Shown one piece after another: positions 11,150 to 21,904 of a stretch of DNA of 64,000 bases. The stretch is from an uncultured Chloroflexia bacterium (GTDB lineage: Bacteria; Chloroflexota; UBA6077; JACCZL01): contig CAVXYC010000020.1 of assembly GCA_963765765.1 (NCBI GenBank), positions 512,001-576,000 on the forward strand, written 5' to 3'. Within the stretch, counting starts at the first letter, position 1, and the number at the start of each line of letters is the position of its first letter. The position numbers and the translations under genes were made by a program. Under the pieces are notes generated by a model. That model did not search any database. It saw only the letters and a program-made list of their open reading frames with translations, and was not told where the DNA came from.

Positions 11150-13376
11150 TCATTCAGCGCGCTCACGGATCGCCCGCAATACCCGCTCCGGAGTCAACGG
11201 CAGCTCATTGATACTGTGCCCGATGGCATCGGCCACGGCCGCGCTCACCGCTGCAACGGCGGGTGGGAGCAGCGTCTCACCGAGACCGTGGATCTCGCCT
11301 GACTCGCCCTCAAGGACGTGGGTTGTCAGAGCGTCCGGTATATCGCCGAACGATGGAATGAGATAGTCCGAAAGATTCGGGATTCGTGAGGCGTCCCGCG
11401 TCAAATACCATCTCTTCCATCAATCCCTGTCCAAGCCCAAAGATGGCGCTGCCCTCGTTTTGCAGCTCACATTGCTGCGGATTGACCACTCTTCCGGCGA
11501 AGACGCCTGCGTGAAGCCTGATAACGTGCACTCGACCGGTCTCAGTGTCCACCTCAACGTCAGCAGCACAGACGCCGTGGTGCCAATGGTCCGATGCGCC
11601 GAGCCGACCGGTCACAGGATCCGGCTTGGGTCGACTCTGGAACCGCCCCTGTCCGAGTACGGTGCCGATACGTAGCTTGCGGATCAGCGCGCCATACGAC
11701 ATTGAGCGCTCGGGCGCTCCGCGAACGGCGATCATCCCATTTTCGAGCACCAGGTCGTCTGGCGCGACCTCCAGATCCACGGCTGCCAGCTCCGCGAGCT
11801 GCCGTTTTAGGTCACCCCCGGCAACCTTGACCGCGGAGCCCATCACTGCCGTCGTTCGGCTAGCGCTGGTCGTCTCATCGAACGGTGTTAGATCCGTATC
11901 GGGGTCGGAGATCGACACGTACTCCAGCGGAACACCGGTGGATTCAGCTGCTATCTGAGATAGTGCGGTCTTTGCCCCCTGGCCCATCTCGACGCTGCTC
12001 GTAAGGACGCTCAAGCTTCCGTCCTCATTGAGCTTGCACATCGCGGCCGATGTTGAAGGCGAACGCGTGGTTTTGATGCAGAGCGTGATCGCCCGACCAC
12101 GGCGCAATGGACCTGCATCATCGTTGCTGGAACGATCGTTCCAACCGATCGCGCGCTCGGCATCATCGAGGAGCTCGGAGATGTGGAGATCATCCAGCTC
12201 ACCGCCACCAAAGTAGCGATCGCCGTTCTGCACGAGATTGCGCCTGCGGAGCTCCAGCCGGTCCATCTTCAAGCGACGCGCCACTTCATCCAGGTGTGTT
12301 TCAGCGGCCCATACAGCTTGCGCGGCGCCCGGACCGCGAAATGGGCCGGACGGCAGCAGGTTGGTAAACACAGCGTGCGACTCGAGCAACGAGTTCGGGA
12401 TGCGGTATGCCGCGAGGGTAGCCTGGCCTCCGGTACGAGTAACTCTCGAGCCTGTCTCCGCGTATGCGCCTTTGTTGTAGAAGCATTGCACGTGGCCGGC
12501 CACCAGCCGGCCGTCCGACATCGCGCCGATTTTCATACGAATCGTGGCCGCGGACCGACAGCTCATGAGGAAATCCTCAGCCCGATCGAGCGCGATGCGG
12601 ACCGGCCGACCACTCTTTAACGCCAGGAGCGCCGCGACGGGCTCTAGCTTTCCGTAGAGCTTGGATCCATATCCCCCGCCAAGGGTCTGGGTGATAACGC
12701 GGACGGAGCTGAGTGGCAGCTTGAAGATCTGGGCCAGCAAGTCACGCACGGCATAGGGACTCTGAGTGCTGCTCCATACCGTGAGCTGTCCCATTTCGAA
12801 GCAAGCCAACGCCACGTGTGGCTCGAGTGGCACGTGCTGCACCGCGGGACAGCGGTACTCCTGTTCTACGATAACGTCTGCTTCTCGGAAGCCGGTTTCG
12901 ATGTCACCGTGACGAACCTCGAATCGGTCGTGCAAGTTCGTTTCGCCCTGCACGATCGGCGCATCGGCTGCCAGGGCCTCAACAGCATCGAAGACTCCGG
13001 GAAGCTCCTCGTATTCGACATCGATCAGGTCTAAGGCCCGCTGGGCGGTGGCCTCGTCCACCGCGGCAACCGCGGCCACGGCCTCGCCGGCGTAGCGTGC
13101 ACGCTCCATCGCCAGCACCGGCTGATCGCGCACGAGCGGTCCGTAGAAGGGATCAATATCATCGCCGGCCAGGTCATCACGCGTCACGATGGCCACAACG
13201 CCGGGGATCTCCTGGGCGGCGGCAACATCGATTCCTACAATCCGTGCGTGAGGATGTGGACTGCGGAGTATTCGGCCGACCAGCATACCGGGGAGCTCGA
13301 TGTTGAGCACGTAAGGAATGCGACCGGTCACGCGTTGGGCCGCGTCGACCATAGGGACCCGCTGTCCAATAGCCAT
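11150..13376 (-). CDS. Xanthine dehydrogenase-family molybdopterin-binding large subunit (frameshift near 3' end)
   Basis: RSPHPHARI, GGGYGSK, FRGPG, EMGQG, C-terminal GLGE...LPLTPERV in ORF 11150..11404. Confidence 0.9.
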
Positions 13377-13567
13377 CGCTCTTCCACCTCGACGAGTGGG
13401 GCTCATTATAATGGCGCGACGGTCGGGCGTTGTTGCTGTACAGCCGGGCATTCCATACGTAACGTGAAGCCAGGAATGACGGCGGAACACGTGTCTCCGC
13501 CTTGTACTACCGATGCTTCTGGCCAGGCAATTGAGAACCAGCCAGCTTCAACCGTGAGGACCTTCGT

Positions 13568-14596
13568 ATGACGTCAAGTGCTCCCCGGGCCACTTTTGGC
13601 TTGATCATCTCCGCGAATTACCCCGCGACAACCGATCTTAGCGCCCGACTCGCGGATCATCGCGACCAGGTCAAGCTGGCGCGCGAGGCAGGATTCACGT
13701 CGGTCGTTACCAACCAGCATTTCCTATCGCACCCGACCACCAGCTTCTCCACGATCCCATACCTGAGCAGCATGATCGACATCTCGGGCGATATGCGACT
13801 GGTGATTGGCGTGGCGCTTATGCCGCTGCAGAATCCCGTGTACCTTGCCGAGGACGTCGCGACACTCGATTGGCTATCCGGCGGGCGGGCCATCCTGGGC
13901 CTGGCCATGGGCTACCGTCCGGAGGAGTTCGCGGCGATGGGTGTCTCGCTCCGCGAGCGTCGGGGGCGGTTCGAAGAAGGCATCGAGGTCATGCAACGCA
14001 TCTGGGCCGCCCAGACAACCTGGAGCTTTGAGGGCCGCTACTACAATTACGAGAATCTTCCCGGTGGATTGAAGCCGAAGCAAAAGCCCCATCCGCCCAT
14101 GTGGTTCGCCGCGGACGTCGACGCAGCGGTGGAACGGGCGGGCCGATTGGGCGCAGCCTGGTACTCCAATCCACGCGCCGGGCTTACCTCGCTCACCCGC
14201 CAGGCCGCGATCTATCGCAGCTCACTCGCCGAGCACGGTCATCCGCTTCCGGACATATTCCCGCTCCGGCGCGAGCTCTTCATCGCTCCCACGGATGCCG
14301 AAGCGCGGCACGTGGCCGTGCCACACATCATTCATCAGCTTGATCTCTACCAGAGCTGGGGCCAATTCGAAGCAATGCCCAAGGACGACCAACCGCCAAT
14401 GAGGTTCGATGAGAACAACATCCCCGATGCCTTCCTGGTAGGCTCTCCCGAATCCCTGGCCGAACAGATCAATCGTTATGTCGATACGCTCGGCGTGAGC
14501 CACTTCGTCGTCAAAATTCAATGGGCCGGGATGGACCACAGAGACGTCATGCGTTCGATCGAGCTCATCGGCAATGAGCTCGCCCCCCGTCTCTGA
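13568..14596 (+). CDS. LLM-class flavin-dependent oxidoreductase
   Basis: QHF, PVYLAEDVATLDWLSGGR, PKPKQKPHPPMW, VGSPE motifs. Confidence 0.9.
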   Translation: MTSSAPRATFGLIISANYPATTDLSARLADHRDQVKLAREAGFTSVVTNQHFLSHPTTSFSTIPYLSSMIDISGDMRLVIGVALMPLQNPVYLAEDVATLDWLSGGRAILGLAMGYRPEEFAAMGVSLRERRGRFEEGIEVMQRIWAAQTTWSFEGRYYNYENLPGGLKPKQKPHPPMWFAADVDAAVERAGRLGAAWYSNPRAGLTSLTRQAAIYRSSLAEHGHPLPDIFPLRRELFIAPTDAEARHVAVPHIIHQLDLYQSWGQFEAMPKDDQPPMRFDENNIPDAFLVGSPESLAEQINRYVDTLGVSHFVVKIQWAGMDHRDVMRSIELIGNELAPRL

Positions 14597-14667
14597 TGCA
14601 CGGCGGTCTGTCACATACGACCGCCGACAAGCGATGTGCCGGAGCGCCTGACCGCTGATTGGGGAGA

Positions 14668-15666
14668 GTTAACGCGGTCGCGCGGATACATCAGCACCTG
14701 TCCGAACCACCGGCAGTCGCACGGTAAAGCACGACCTCGGCCTTCTTCGCTCTCCACCTTTGCTCCGGGCTGTATTTCACGGCATCTAAGAGCAGATTCC
14801 CCAGAACTCGTTCGAGGCGAGGGAGATCCCAAACCCCCACCACCTCGGAATTGGCGTGTACAAATCGGATGTGATGACGGCTGAAGGCTTGTTGGTGCTC
14901 AGAGACTATTCGGCGTGTCAGATCCACCAGGTCACCGGGGCAAGATTCAACGGAAGCGGTTGATCCGCCTGTATACGAGCCAGATCGAGTAGCTCATCGA
15001 TCTGATCCACTGCCTTCGCGACCATAGCGTCAATGGTTTCCAGACCTTGCATCAGCTTTGCCGTATCGGCGACACGGTTCTGGTCGTCTGTCGCTTGAGA
15101 AGCTGCGCGTAACCCTTGATCGCCCCGAGCGGGTTTTTCAGATCGTGCGCCACCGCGGCAAGAAACTCGTCCCGGATTCGAATAGCATCTTCGGCGGCCA
15201 GGCGGGACTCCCGCTCGGCTTCCTCGGCCGAGGCTTCAGCCGTCAGGTGCTCACGCAGCTCGTATTGACGACGGCGGGCACGCAGGGCAACCTGGGCGGC
15301 ATTCACCAGTGTGGTGGCCCGGACGGGTCGGTCGAGGAACGTCGCGTTGGCCTGTTGCCCGAGTCTGTCCGTCAGGTGCGTCAGAGCAGGCGCCGGCATG
15401 CCGCCGCTAACCAGCACGATCAATGGAGTATCAGACCACGGAGGCTCGCTTCAGGCTCTCTAGCAACCTGTCCATAGCATCGGCAGACAGTGCTTCCTGG
15501 GTGAGGAGCACAGCACCAGCTCCGGCGCGGAGCGCCTGCTAAGGTCATTCATGTTTGCGCAAATGTAGGCGGGAATATGCACCTTGTCCAATGCCGCCTG
15601 GGCGAGGCCTGCATCCCGGCCAACTGGCGCGAGGACAAGAATGCGCTCATCTAGATTACTGCCCAT
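14668..15666 (-). pseudogene. Sensor histidine kinase with N-terminal receiver-like domain; frameshifted and missing part of HATPase_c
   Basis: Starts [19 protein letters not shown]; H-box AHDLKNPL; N-box NLLLDAVKYSP followed almost directly by VESEEGRG..FTVRLP, with no G1/F/G2 boxes. Confidence 0.7.
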
Positions 15667-17170
15667 CCCCGCCGCCACTCGTATCGCCCTGCTTGCTCGT
15701 GTCAAGTAACGACCGCGCCGAACCAAGATAGGTTGGCGCTCCGGCAAGAACCCCTTGGAAATCTCGCAGCGGTGGCCCCACACCACGCCCGGTCCAAGCT
15801 TGAATTCACGGATTGAGCGCTCATGCATCCCACTGCGCTTCTTGACGACCGAGATAGCCTGGCGGAGCTCGCCGATCGCCTCAAAGTAGCGCAGCAGCAC
15901 CACTGTGTCAGCTAGATAGCTAACATCGAGAGGCGACTGCGCCCGATCACCAATCAAGCCGTGCTGGGCGAGAGACATCAGCGTCAGAACACCCTGCTGC
16001 CCCAGGTAGGTGAGCAGCTCGTGGAGCTGCACGAGAACCAGACGCTCCTCGCTCATAGCGTTGAGATAGCCATTTAAGCTGTCGATGACGATGACCCGCG
16101 CTCCACCTCGTTCCACGGCTTGACGCAAGAGATAGTCGAACTCACCGGGCGACAATTGCCCTGATGAGCTGCTTGAGCGTGATCTGTCCCCGCTCCACCT
16201 GTGGACGCAATCTAAGCCCGAGACCATCGGACCGAGCCATCAGCGTCTGGACGCTCTCATCAAAAATGTAGATAGCAGCGCGCTCACCGCGTTCAGCCGC
16301 CGCTACGGCGTATTGCATGCCGAGTACGGACTTGCCAACCCCCGCCGGTCCCATCAGGAGGGCACTGGTGCCGCGATCCGACCCTCCGCCGAGAAGGCTA
16401 TAGAGCTTCCCGGGACACCACTGGACACGATATCCGGCTGAAGGTGATTCCGATGGTCAAGCGCTACCAGGCGCGGAAACACCTCGACACCGCCGGTTCG
16501 AATCAGGAAGTCGTGGTGACCCCCACGATACTGGCTGCCTCGAAGCTTCACGACGCGAAGGCGACGGCGTTCGTTTCCGTACGTCGGAGCCATCTGCTCC
16601 AGGCGGAGAACGCTGTGAGCCACACTCTCGAGCCCACGGATTCTTCAGCGCTGTCGAGAAGCAGGACAGTACAGTTGCGCCCTGCCAAAAAATGCTTCAA
16701 GCCAAGGATCTGGCGACGATAGCGGAGACTGTCCTGCGCCAGGAGCCGTAGCTCCGCGAGAGAATCAAAGACCACGCGAGTTGGCTTAGTTCGCTCGACC
16801 TCCTCGAGCACGGCCCAGGTCGTCTCGGTAAGCTGCTCCTCCGTGGAGTGAAGAATGGTGTATTGCGCCTCCGGATTGAGACTATCCTCAGTGGGCGCCA
16901 GCTCACGGAGAGCGATGCCGTCCAAATCCCAGCCATGTGACTGTGCGACAGACCTGAGCTCTTCCATCGTCTCCGAGAGGGTGACGTAGAGCACAGGCTC
17001 AGCCTTCTGCGCGCTCCATCGAGCAGGAACTGCAGCGCAAGTGTGGTCTTGCCAGTGCCCGGCGCGCCTTCGACGAGATGTAGACGATGACCGGGGAAAC
17101 CCCCGCCGAGAACCTCATCGAGCCCCGCAATGCCGCTGCACACCCGCGCTGGCGTCACATTCAGACTCAT
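15656..17170 (-). CDS. KaiC-like duplicated RecA-superfamily ATPase (frameshifted)
   Basis: [13 protein letters not shown], Walker A GAPGTGKT and [37 protein letters not shown]. Confidence 0.88.
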
Positions 17171-17455
17171 CCCCGCACACTCCTCCATTGCCAACCGAGA
17201 TGGGGCCGGCCAGAGATGTGCCGCGGACCAGGGATCGGTCATGTGCAACAGGAGTGAGCGGATCGCATCTATTCGCGTCACCCAGGCAGCCCATTCACCC
17301 GGGCGACCACAGGGCTCCGACCTACGGACGGGAACCAGGGCGCCAGCGAAAACAATTATATCAACCTTAACAGTGAGCCCAATGGATTTCGCGCGTCTCT
17401 CATCAGCGGAACAATAGCCCCCACGTCGAACTGAGATCGTTGGCGTTCTCTCTGT

Positions 17456-17971
17456 TTAGTTCGCTTTACAAGCTACCCTCGCACCTTTGCCACGGGTACG
17501 GGTATCAGACTTTGCATATTCCTTCTGTCCCGCTCGCACTACCGCTGCACCGATTGCTATCAGAACCACGCCAAAAGCCAGGAACGCCAGGTCCCACAGG
17601 GCAACGTTGGGCACGTCCTCTCTGACATGGTGAAAGCCAAGAAGGTAATGATTCACGATGCCCTCGACAACGTTGAACAAGCCCCACCCGATCGCCAGGC
17701 AACCGACCAACACCCGTGTAGACCAGGGGCCGATCGGATTGCGGCTGGCACGCCAGAGCAGAGAAAGCCCGATGGCCGTCACCACCCATGTGAACGCGTG
17801 AAAGAGTCCGTCCCACAGCGTGTTGACCTGTAGGTTTTCCAAAGTAGTTGGAGGGTAAGGACCACTTGTCAGCATGTGGTGCCACTGCAAAATTTGGTGC
17901 AGGACAATGCCGTCAATGAATCCGCCCAGGCCGACACCGAGAACCGTCCCAGCCACCACAAACGGAGGCAT
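17456..17971 (-). CDS. DUF2243-family membrane protein (5' end abuts IS remnant)
   Basis: LGGFIDGIVLHQILQWHHM, DGLFH, GWGLFNVVEG..NHYLLGFHHV. Confidence 0.8.
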   Translation of the reverse strand: MPPFVVAGTVLGVGLGGFIDGIVLHQILQWHHMLTSGPYPPTTLENLQVNTLWDGLFHAFTWVVTAIGLSLLWRASRNPIGPWSTRVLVGCLAIGWGLFNVVEGIVNHYLLGFHHVREDVPNVALWDLAFLAFGVVLIAIGAAVVRAGQKEYAKSDTRTRGKGARVACKAN

Positions 17972-18277
17972 CCGGGACGCGTCCGCTCAGGCTGATCCGA
18001 CAGAAGCGCCGCCCCCCACGCTGTCCGTCACTTCCGTCACGAGGGTTTCGTACCCCAACTGGTAGCGCATCTTCAGAAACATCGACCGGAGATAGGTCTC
18101 CATCGGGATCGTCTGCCCGGCCGCGCTTCGATGGAAACCGTGCCACGAATGGGGCCAGAAAGCGCTCATCGTCTAAGAGCGCATCGATCGCCTGCAGCCC
18201 CGGGCTCAAGCGTCAGGGCTGTCGTAGGCAGCAGATCCTTCCAGAAGTACGCGCTGCCGATTCAAGAGTCGCAGCAT
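17966..18277 (-). pseudogene. ISNCY/IS5-like transposase N-terminal fragment
   Basis: IDALLDDERF...GRQTIPMETYLRSMFLKMRYQLGYETLVTEVTDS.WRRFCRI..VPD; GGAGG RBS; ends abruptly. Confidence 0.8.
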
Positions 18278-18424
18278 CGTTCCTCCACTCGCCAGGCCGG
18301 TTGGCGTGCCAGCTGGATACCGTGCCGGGTTTACTCCGTCAAAAACGCGCCCATCCGGTAGAGAACGCAAGAGTGTTTTACTCATTACTTCGCGCTCGTA
18401 GTCAGCGTCTCAGCTATCCCGCAC

Positions 18425-18679
18425 TTATGGCCATCTCCCCTCAGCCCAGCCAATCATTTCCACCACGTCCACGCTGGTGCCCGCGTCATTAGCTAGCGCG
18501 CGGACTTTGGAGATGATCTGGTTGAAACGCGCCTCGTCGAACACGGCATCAGGCGTTGCTTTGAAACGCGCCGCTTGCTCGACGTATTTTCCGCGCTCGG
18601 CAATCAAGGCTACGATCTGCCGATCGAGTCGATCGATATTGGCGCGAACCTCATCGAGTGTTTCGCAGTGGACTACCAT
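18425..18679 (-). CDS. Chorismate mutase type II / PchB-like protein, probably 3' truncated
   Basis: LDEVRANIDRLDRQIVALIAER..AARFK; similarity to the family ends after VVEMI. Confidence 0.8.
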   Translation of the reverse strand: MVVHCETLDEVRANIDRLDRQIVALIAERGKYVEQAARFKATPDAVFDEARFNQIISKVRALANDAGTSVDVVEMIGWAEGRWP

Positions 18680-18734
18680 CCGAACCTCCGTGATGTTGCG
18701 ATGGTACAGAACCGAGCTTCCGGACCCGGAACGA

Positions 18735-19898
18735 CTACTGCAGCGCTTCACGCATGGGCGACTCATAACGTCGCCACACGTCGTACTCTCGCTGCTTCAT
18801 CTCGGTAAATTCGGATCCGGATGCGTATTGCAAATCAGCTTCCACCCCGGCCTCTCTGGCCCACGCAATGAAACCCGGATCACGTAGCGCCGTCATCACC
18901 ATGGCACCCAGATACTCGGCGCGATCATTCGGCGTGTCCGGAGGAACGGCGATTCCTGAGAGCGCAGTTCCAGCAATCTCCAGATCGTCCACATTTGGCA
19001 GATTGAGCTCTCGCGCTGTCGGAATATCCGGCAGTAGCGGACTCCGTTGCGCTTCAAGCGAGAGGATAGCGCGCATCTCCCCGGATTTGACGAACTGAAT
19101 CGTGGAGGAAACCGGGGAAAAAACCTGAAGGTCCAGATCGCCTCGCACGAGCGATGGCGTGATATCAGCCGTACCCGTGAATCCCCCTACGAACGAGGCA
19201 TTCTTGATCTCGAGCGCGGAGGTGAGAGCAACTTGCGACGGCAGAAAACCACCCACGCCGTTGTGCCCCATGCGAATCCGTGTGCCGCGGCGATCGGCAT
19301 TCAGTACGTCCTGAATCGTCCACCATGATGAGCTCATAGGCACGGCCACAAAGGCCGGGGACTTGCGCACGCCACTGACCCATATCCATGTGCTGAGATC
19401 GAAACCTTCAGCAGGCGTAATCAGCACGTCTGTCCAGAGGGTCGTATCCGATGAATAGATAAGTGTGTAGCCGTCGGGCGGAGACTGCTGAAATTGCCGA
19501 GCCGCAATGCGCTGCCCGCCGCCAGGAACGTTTTTGACGATCACAGGCTGTCCGAGCGCTGTCTGGAGCGGATTCGCTAGCTGCCGCGCAACGGCGTCGT
19601 ATCCGCCGCCAGGGTTGAATGGCACAAGAAGCTCTAGAGGCCTCGTTGGGTAATCGGGCGGCTTGGCAATTGGACGAACCGCAACGATTGCAGGAGAAGG
19701 CGCGGATGGCCGGGTCGCTGACGAGGCAGCCCCAGGTGGAGACGCTTTGGAAGCGGGCGTGCTCGTCGGGCTTACTGGCGTAGGCATACGGCATGCTGAT
19801 AGGAGCATCGCCGCTGATACCCCAAGCACCGCGCCGAAGAAGGACCGACGCGTGCCCCTAGGATGTTCAGTGGGGCCCCACGTGTTCGGCCGATCCAC
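18735..19898 (-). CDS. tctC: TctC/Bug-family substrate-binding lipoprotein with Tat signal
   Basis: TRRSFF twin-arginine, LLSAC lipobox, YPTRPLELLVPFNPGGGYD, NVPGGG, PDGYTL, PDIPTARE. Confidence 0.9.
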   Translation of the reverse strand: MDRPNTWGPTEHPRGTRRSFFGAVLGVSAAMLLSACRMPTPVSPTSTPASKASPPGAASSATRPSAPSPAIVAVRPIAKPPDYPTRPLELLVPFNPGGGYDAVARQLANPLQTALGQPVIVKNVPGGGQRIAARQFQQSPPDGYTLIYSSDTTLWTDVLITPAEGFDLSTWIWVSGVRKSPAFVAVPMSSSWWTIQDVLNADRRGTRIRMGHNGVGGFLPSQVALTSALEIKNASFVGGFTGTADITPSLVRGDLDLQVFSPVSSTIQFVKSGEMRAILSLEAQRSPLLPDIPTARELNLPNVDDLEIAGTALSGIAVPPDTPNDRAEYLGAMVMTALRDPGFIAWAREAGVEADLQYASGSEFTEMKQREYDVWRRYESPMREALQ

Positions 19899-19968
19899 GA
19901 AAATTTATCTCCTTAAAGCATCCAACGGCGCGTAATAGCGGCGCGAGAAGCGCTCGCACGCCAAGGTA

Positions 19969-21210
19969 TCACGAGACTGCTGCGAGCGCTCGTTTCGCGC
20001 GCCGGTCGATGACATGAACCCAGACCGCGACCGAGAGTATGGCCCACATCAGGACGCCGCTCAAAGCGAAAGCGGTAACGGTCCCGAACGCGGTGACCAT
20101 GGCACCCATGGCGACAGGCGCAGCCGTGCTTGCAACCTGATTTGCTGACATGCGTAGGCCCAGCGCCACACCCCTTTGATCGGGCGGCGCGTCCTCACTC
20201 ACGATCGCCATCAAGAGCGGAAGACTCAGACCGACACCAGTACCCATAAGAATAGACGGTGCATATACCCAGGGAATCACGGCAACGTGCGGTGAGATCG
20301 CGGCTCCTAAAGCGCCCAGCGCCAGCGCTACAGCCGTAACGATCTCAGGCGTGGCCTTGCGGGTGAGTGGCCCAGCGAAGAGCGCCGTGGCTGTTGAGAC
20401 GATTGAATTGCTCGAGAGCACGCTTCCAATCAGCGTTGCCGAGAATCCCTGACTCGCCAGAAATAGCGGGAAAAATGCGCGCCAGCCGTTTCCATTCCAG
20501 AGGCGGACAAACGTGAGCATCAACGCTACCTGGATGCCACGCACCTTCATGAGCTCCAATGCCGTACCGAAGCCGCCGCTGGAATCTCGCTTCGCCGCCT
20601 TCCGCAGTGATTTGGCCCGGACATCGGGAATGACAAGACCCATAATGAGGAAGAGTACGCACGTACCTCCTACGACTGCGAACGCATTTTGATATCCGAA
20701 GACGTCAGCCACCCAGCCGGCAAGAAGCGGGGCCGCGATGGTTCCGGCATTGCTGGCAAAGCTAAGTTTGCCCATCTGGCCCGGGCGATCCGCCGCTGAG
20801 CCGATATTGCTAACGTAAGTCTGGGAGGCAACCCACGCCGTGCTCCGGCCCATTCCAAGGATGAGCTGGAGCACCATCATGCCCCAGAAGTCGGTGGTAA
20901 ACACGAAGCCAATGCACATCACCGCACAGACGAATGTGCTGATGATGTAGGTGATCTTTGGGCCGAACCGGTCTGCAATAGCGCCCGACGTGACCGAGAG
21001 GAGCGCCGGAATCGCTGCTCCCGCTCCCACGAGGATCCCAATGAGCTCAATGGGGATACCGACCGATTGCGCCCTGAGAGGAATGAGCAGTGACGTCATC
21101 TGCTGGAATTCGAATGCGAATGCACCAGAGACGTAAGTCAGTCCCATTTGCCACGGACGAATACGGACGACTCCGTCTTTCGATACGGTCGGCGAGCTCC
21201 CAGCAGCCAT
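19969..21210 (-). CDS. MFS transporter
   Basis: GAIADRFG motif, 12-TM-like hydrophobicity, intact 413 aa. Confidence 0.9.
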   Translation of the reverse strand: MAAGSSPTVSKDGVVRIRPWQMGLTYVSGAFAFEFQQMTSLLIPLRAQSVGIPIELIGILVGAGAAIPALLSVTSGAIADRFGPKITYIISTFVCAVMCIGFVFTTDFWGMMVLQLILGMGRSTAWVASQTYVSNIGSAADRPGQMGKLSFASNAGTIAAPLLAGWVADVFGYQNAFAVVGGTCVLFLIMGLVIPDVRAKSLRKAAKRDSSGGFGTALELMKVRGIQVALMLTFVRLWNGNGWRAFFPLFLASQGFSATLIGSVLSSNSIVSTATALFAGPLTRKATPEIVTAVALALGALGAAISPHVAVIPWVYAPSILMGTGVGLSLPLLMAIVSEDAPPDQRGVALGLRMSANQVASTAAPVAMGAMVTAFGTVTAFALSGVLMWAILSVAVWVHVIDRRAKRALAAVS

Positions 21211-21373
21211 GTGCGCGAAACCCCCAAGATTAATGCGGTTCTCGGCGCAGGGTTTTGCTAGTGAGAGCTTTAGCCCATCCGCTCCATCCAGAGTTCGGGG
21301 ATCCGGCCTGGAGAGCTACGGCTCTGTTCACTACGTCGCGCTACGCCGGTGGCGCTTTGTATTGCTTGGATAA

Positions 21374-21904
21374 CTAGAAGGGCGGAACCATCGCCCCAAA
21401 CATGACCCCTTTGTAGAGATCCAGTCGGACCAGAGTCGCCAGCCCCCAGAGGCTCGCCGTCGTTCCCGCCGCCAGTAGCGCTGAGCCTATCCAACTGGCT
21501 CCGCCAAACAGCCGCAGGAATAGAAGTACATAGAGCGGAATTGCAACGAGGAAGCCTAAGAACAGGACTCCGAGAGCAGCTAGCATCAAACTTCCGAAGA
21601 CGATGCCGACGATCCGCCAGGGGATCTCAGAGACGAGCACCTTTCTCGGCCCGCCTCCTTGAGACCCTTCCATGCCCTCCTCGACGGCAGCGCCCTCCCA
21701 GCTAACCTCGAACATCGACTCAATTTTGGGCGAGAACTCTCCCACAAGCGAGAGCGCAAGAAGTATGAGCACGGGGACACCGACGATTTGCGGCCAGACG
21801 CGCGCATCCGCCTTGAGTCCGAATGAGGCGACAACCAGTGTGAGGACGAAAGCCATCAGCACGATTGTCACGTAGAACGAGATCGTCTGAAACGGCCGGG
21901 TCAT
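21374..21904 (-). CDS. tctB: TctB-family small permease
   Basis: ARVWPQIVG, LGFLVAIPLY; overlaps the tctA stop. Confidence 0.8.
   Translation of the reverse strand: MTRPFQTISFYVTIVLMAFVLTLVVASFGLKADARVWPQIVGVPVLILLALSLVGEFSPKIESMFEVSWEGAAVEEGMEGSQGGGPRKVLVSEIPWRIVGIVFGSLMLAALGVLFLGFLVAIPLYVLLFLRLFGGASWIGSALLAAGTTASLWGLATLVRLDLYKGVMFGAMVPPF

Noticed and set aside
5041-13376. Aerobic CO dehydrogenase
   Set aside because: Neither large subunit has the AYxCSFR or AYRGAGR loop.
15656-17170. Circadian clock
   Set aside because: No kaiA or kaiB in the window; the context is the common ATPase-kinase operon.
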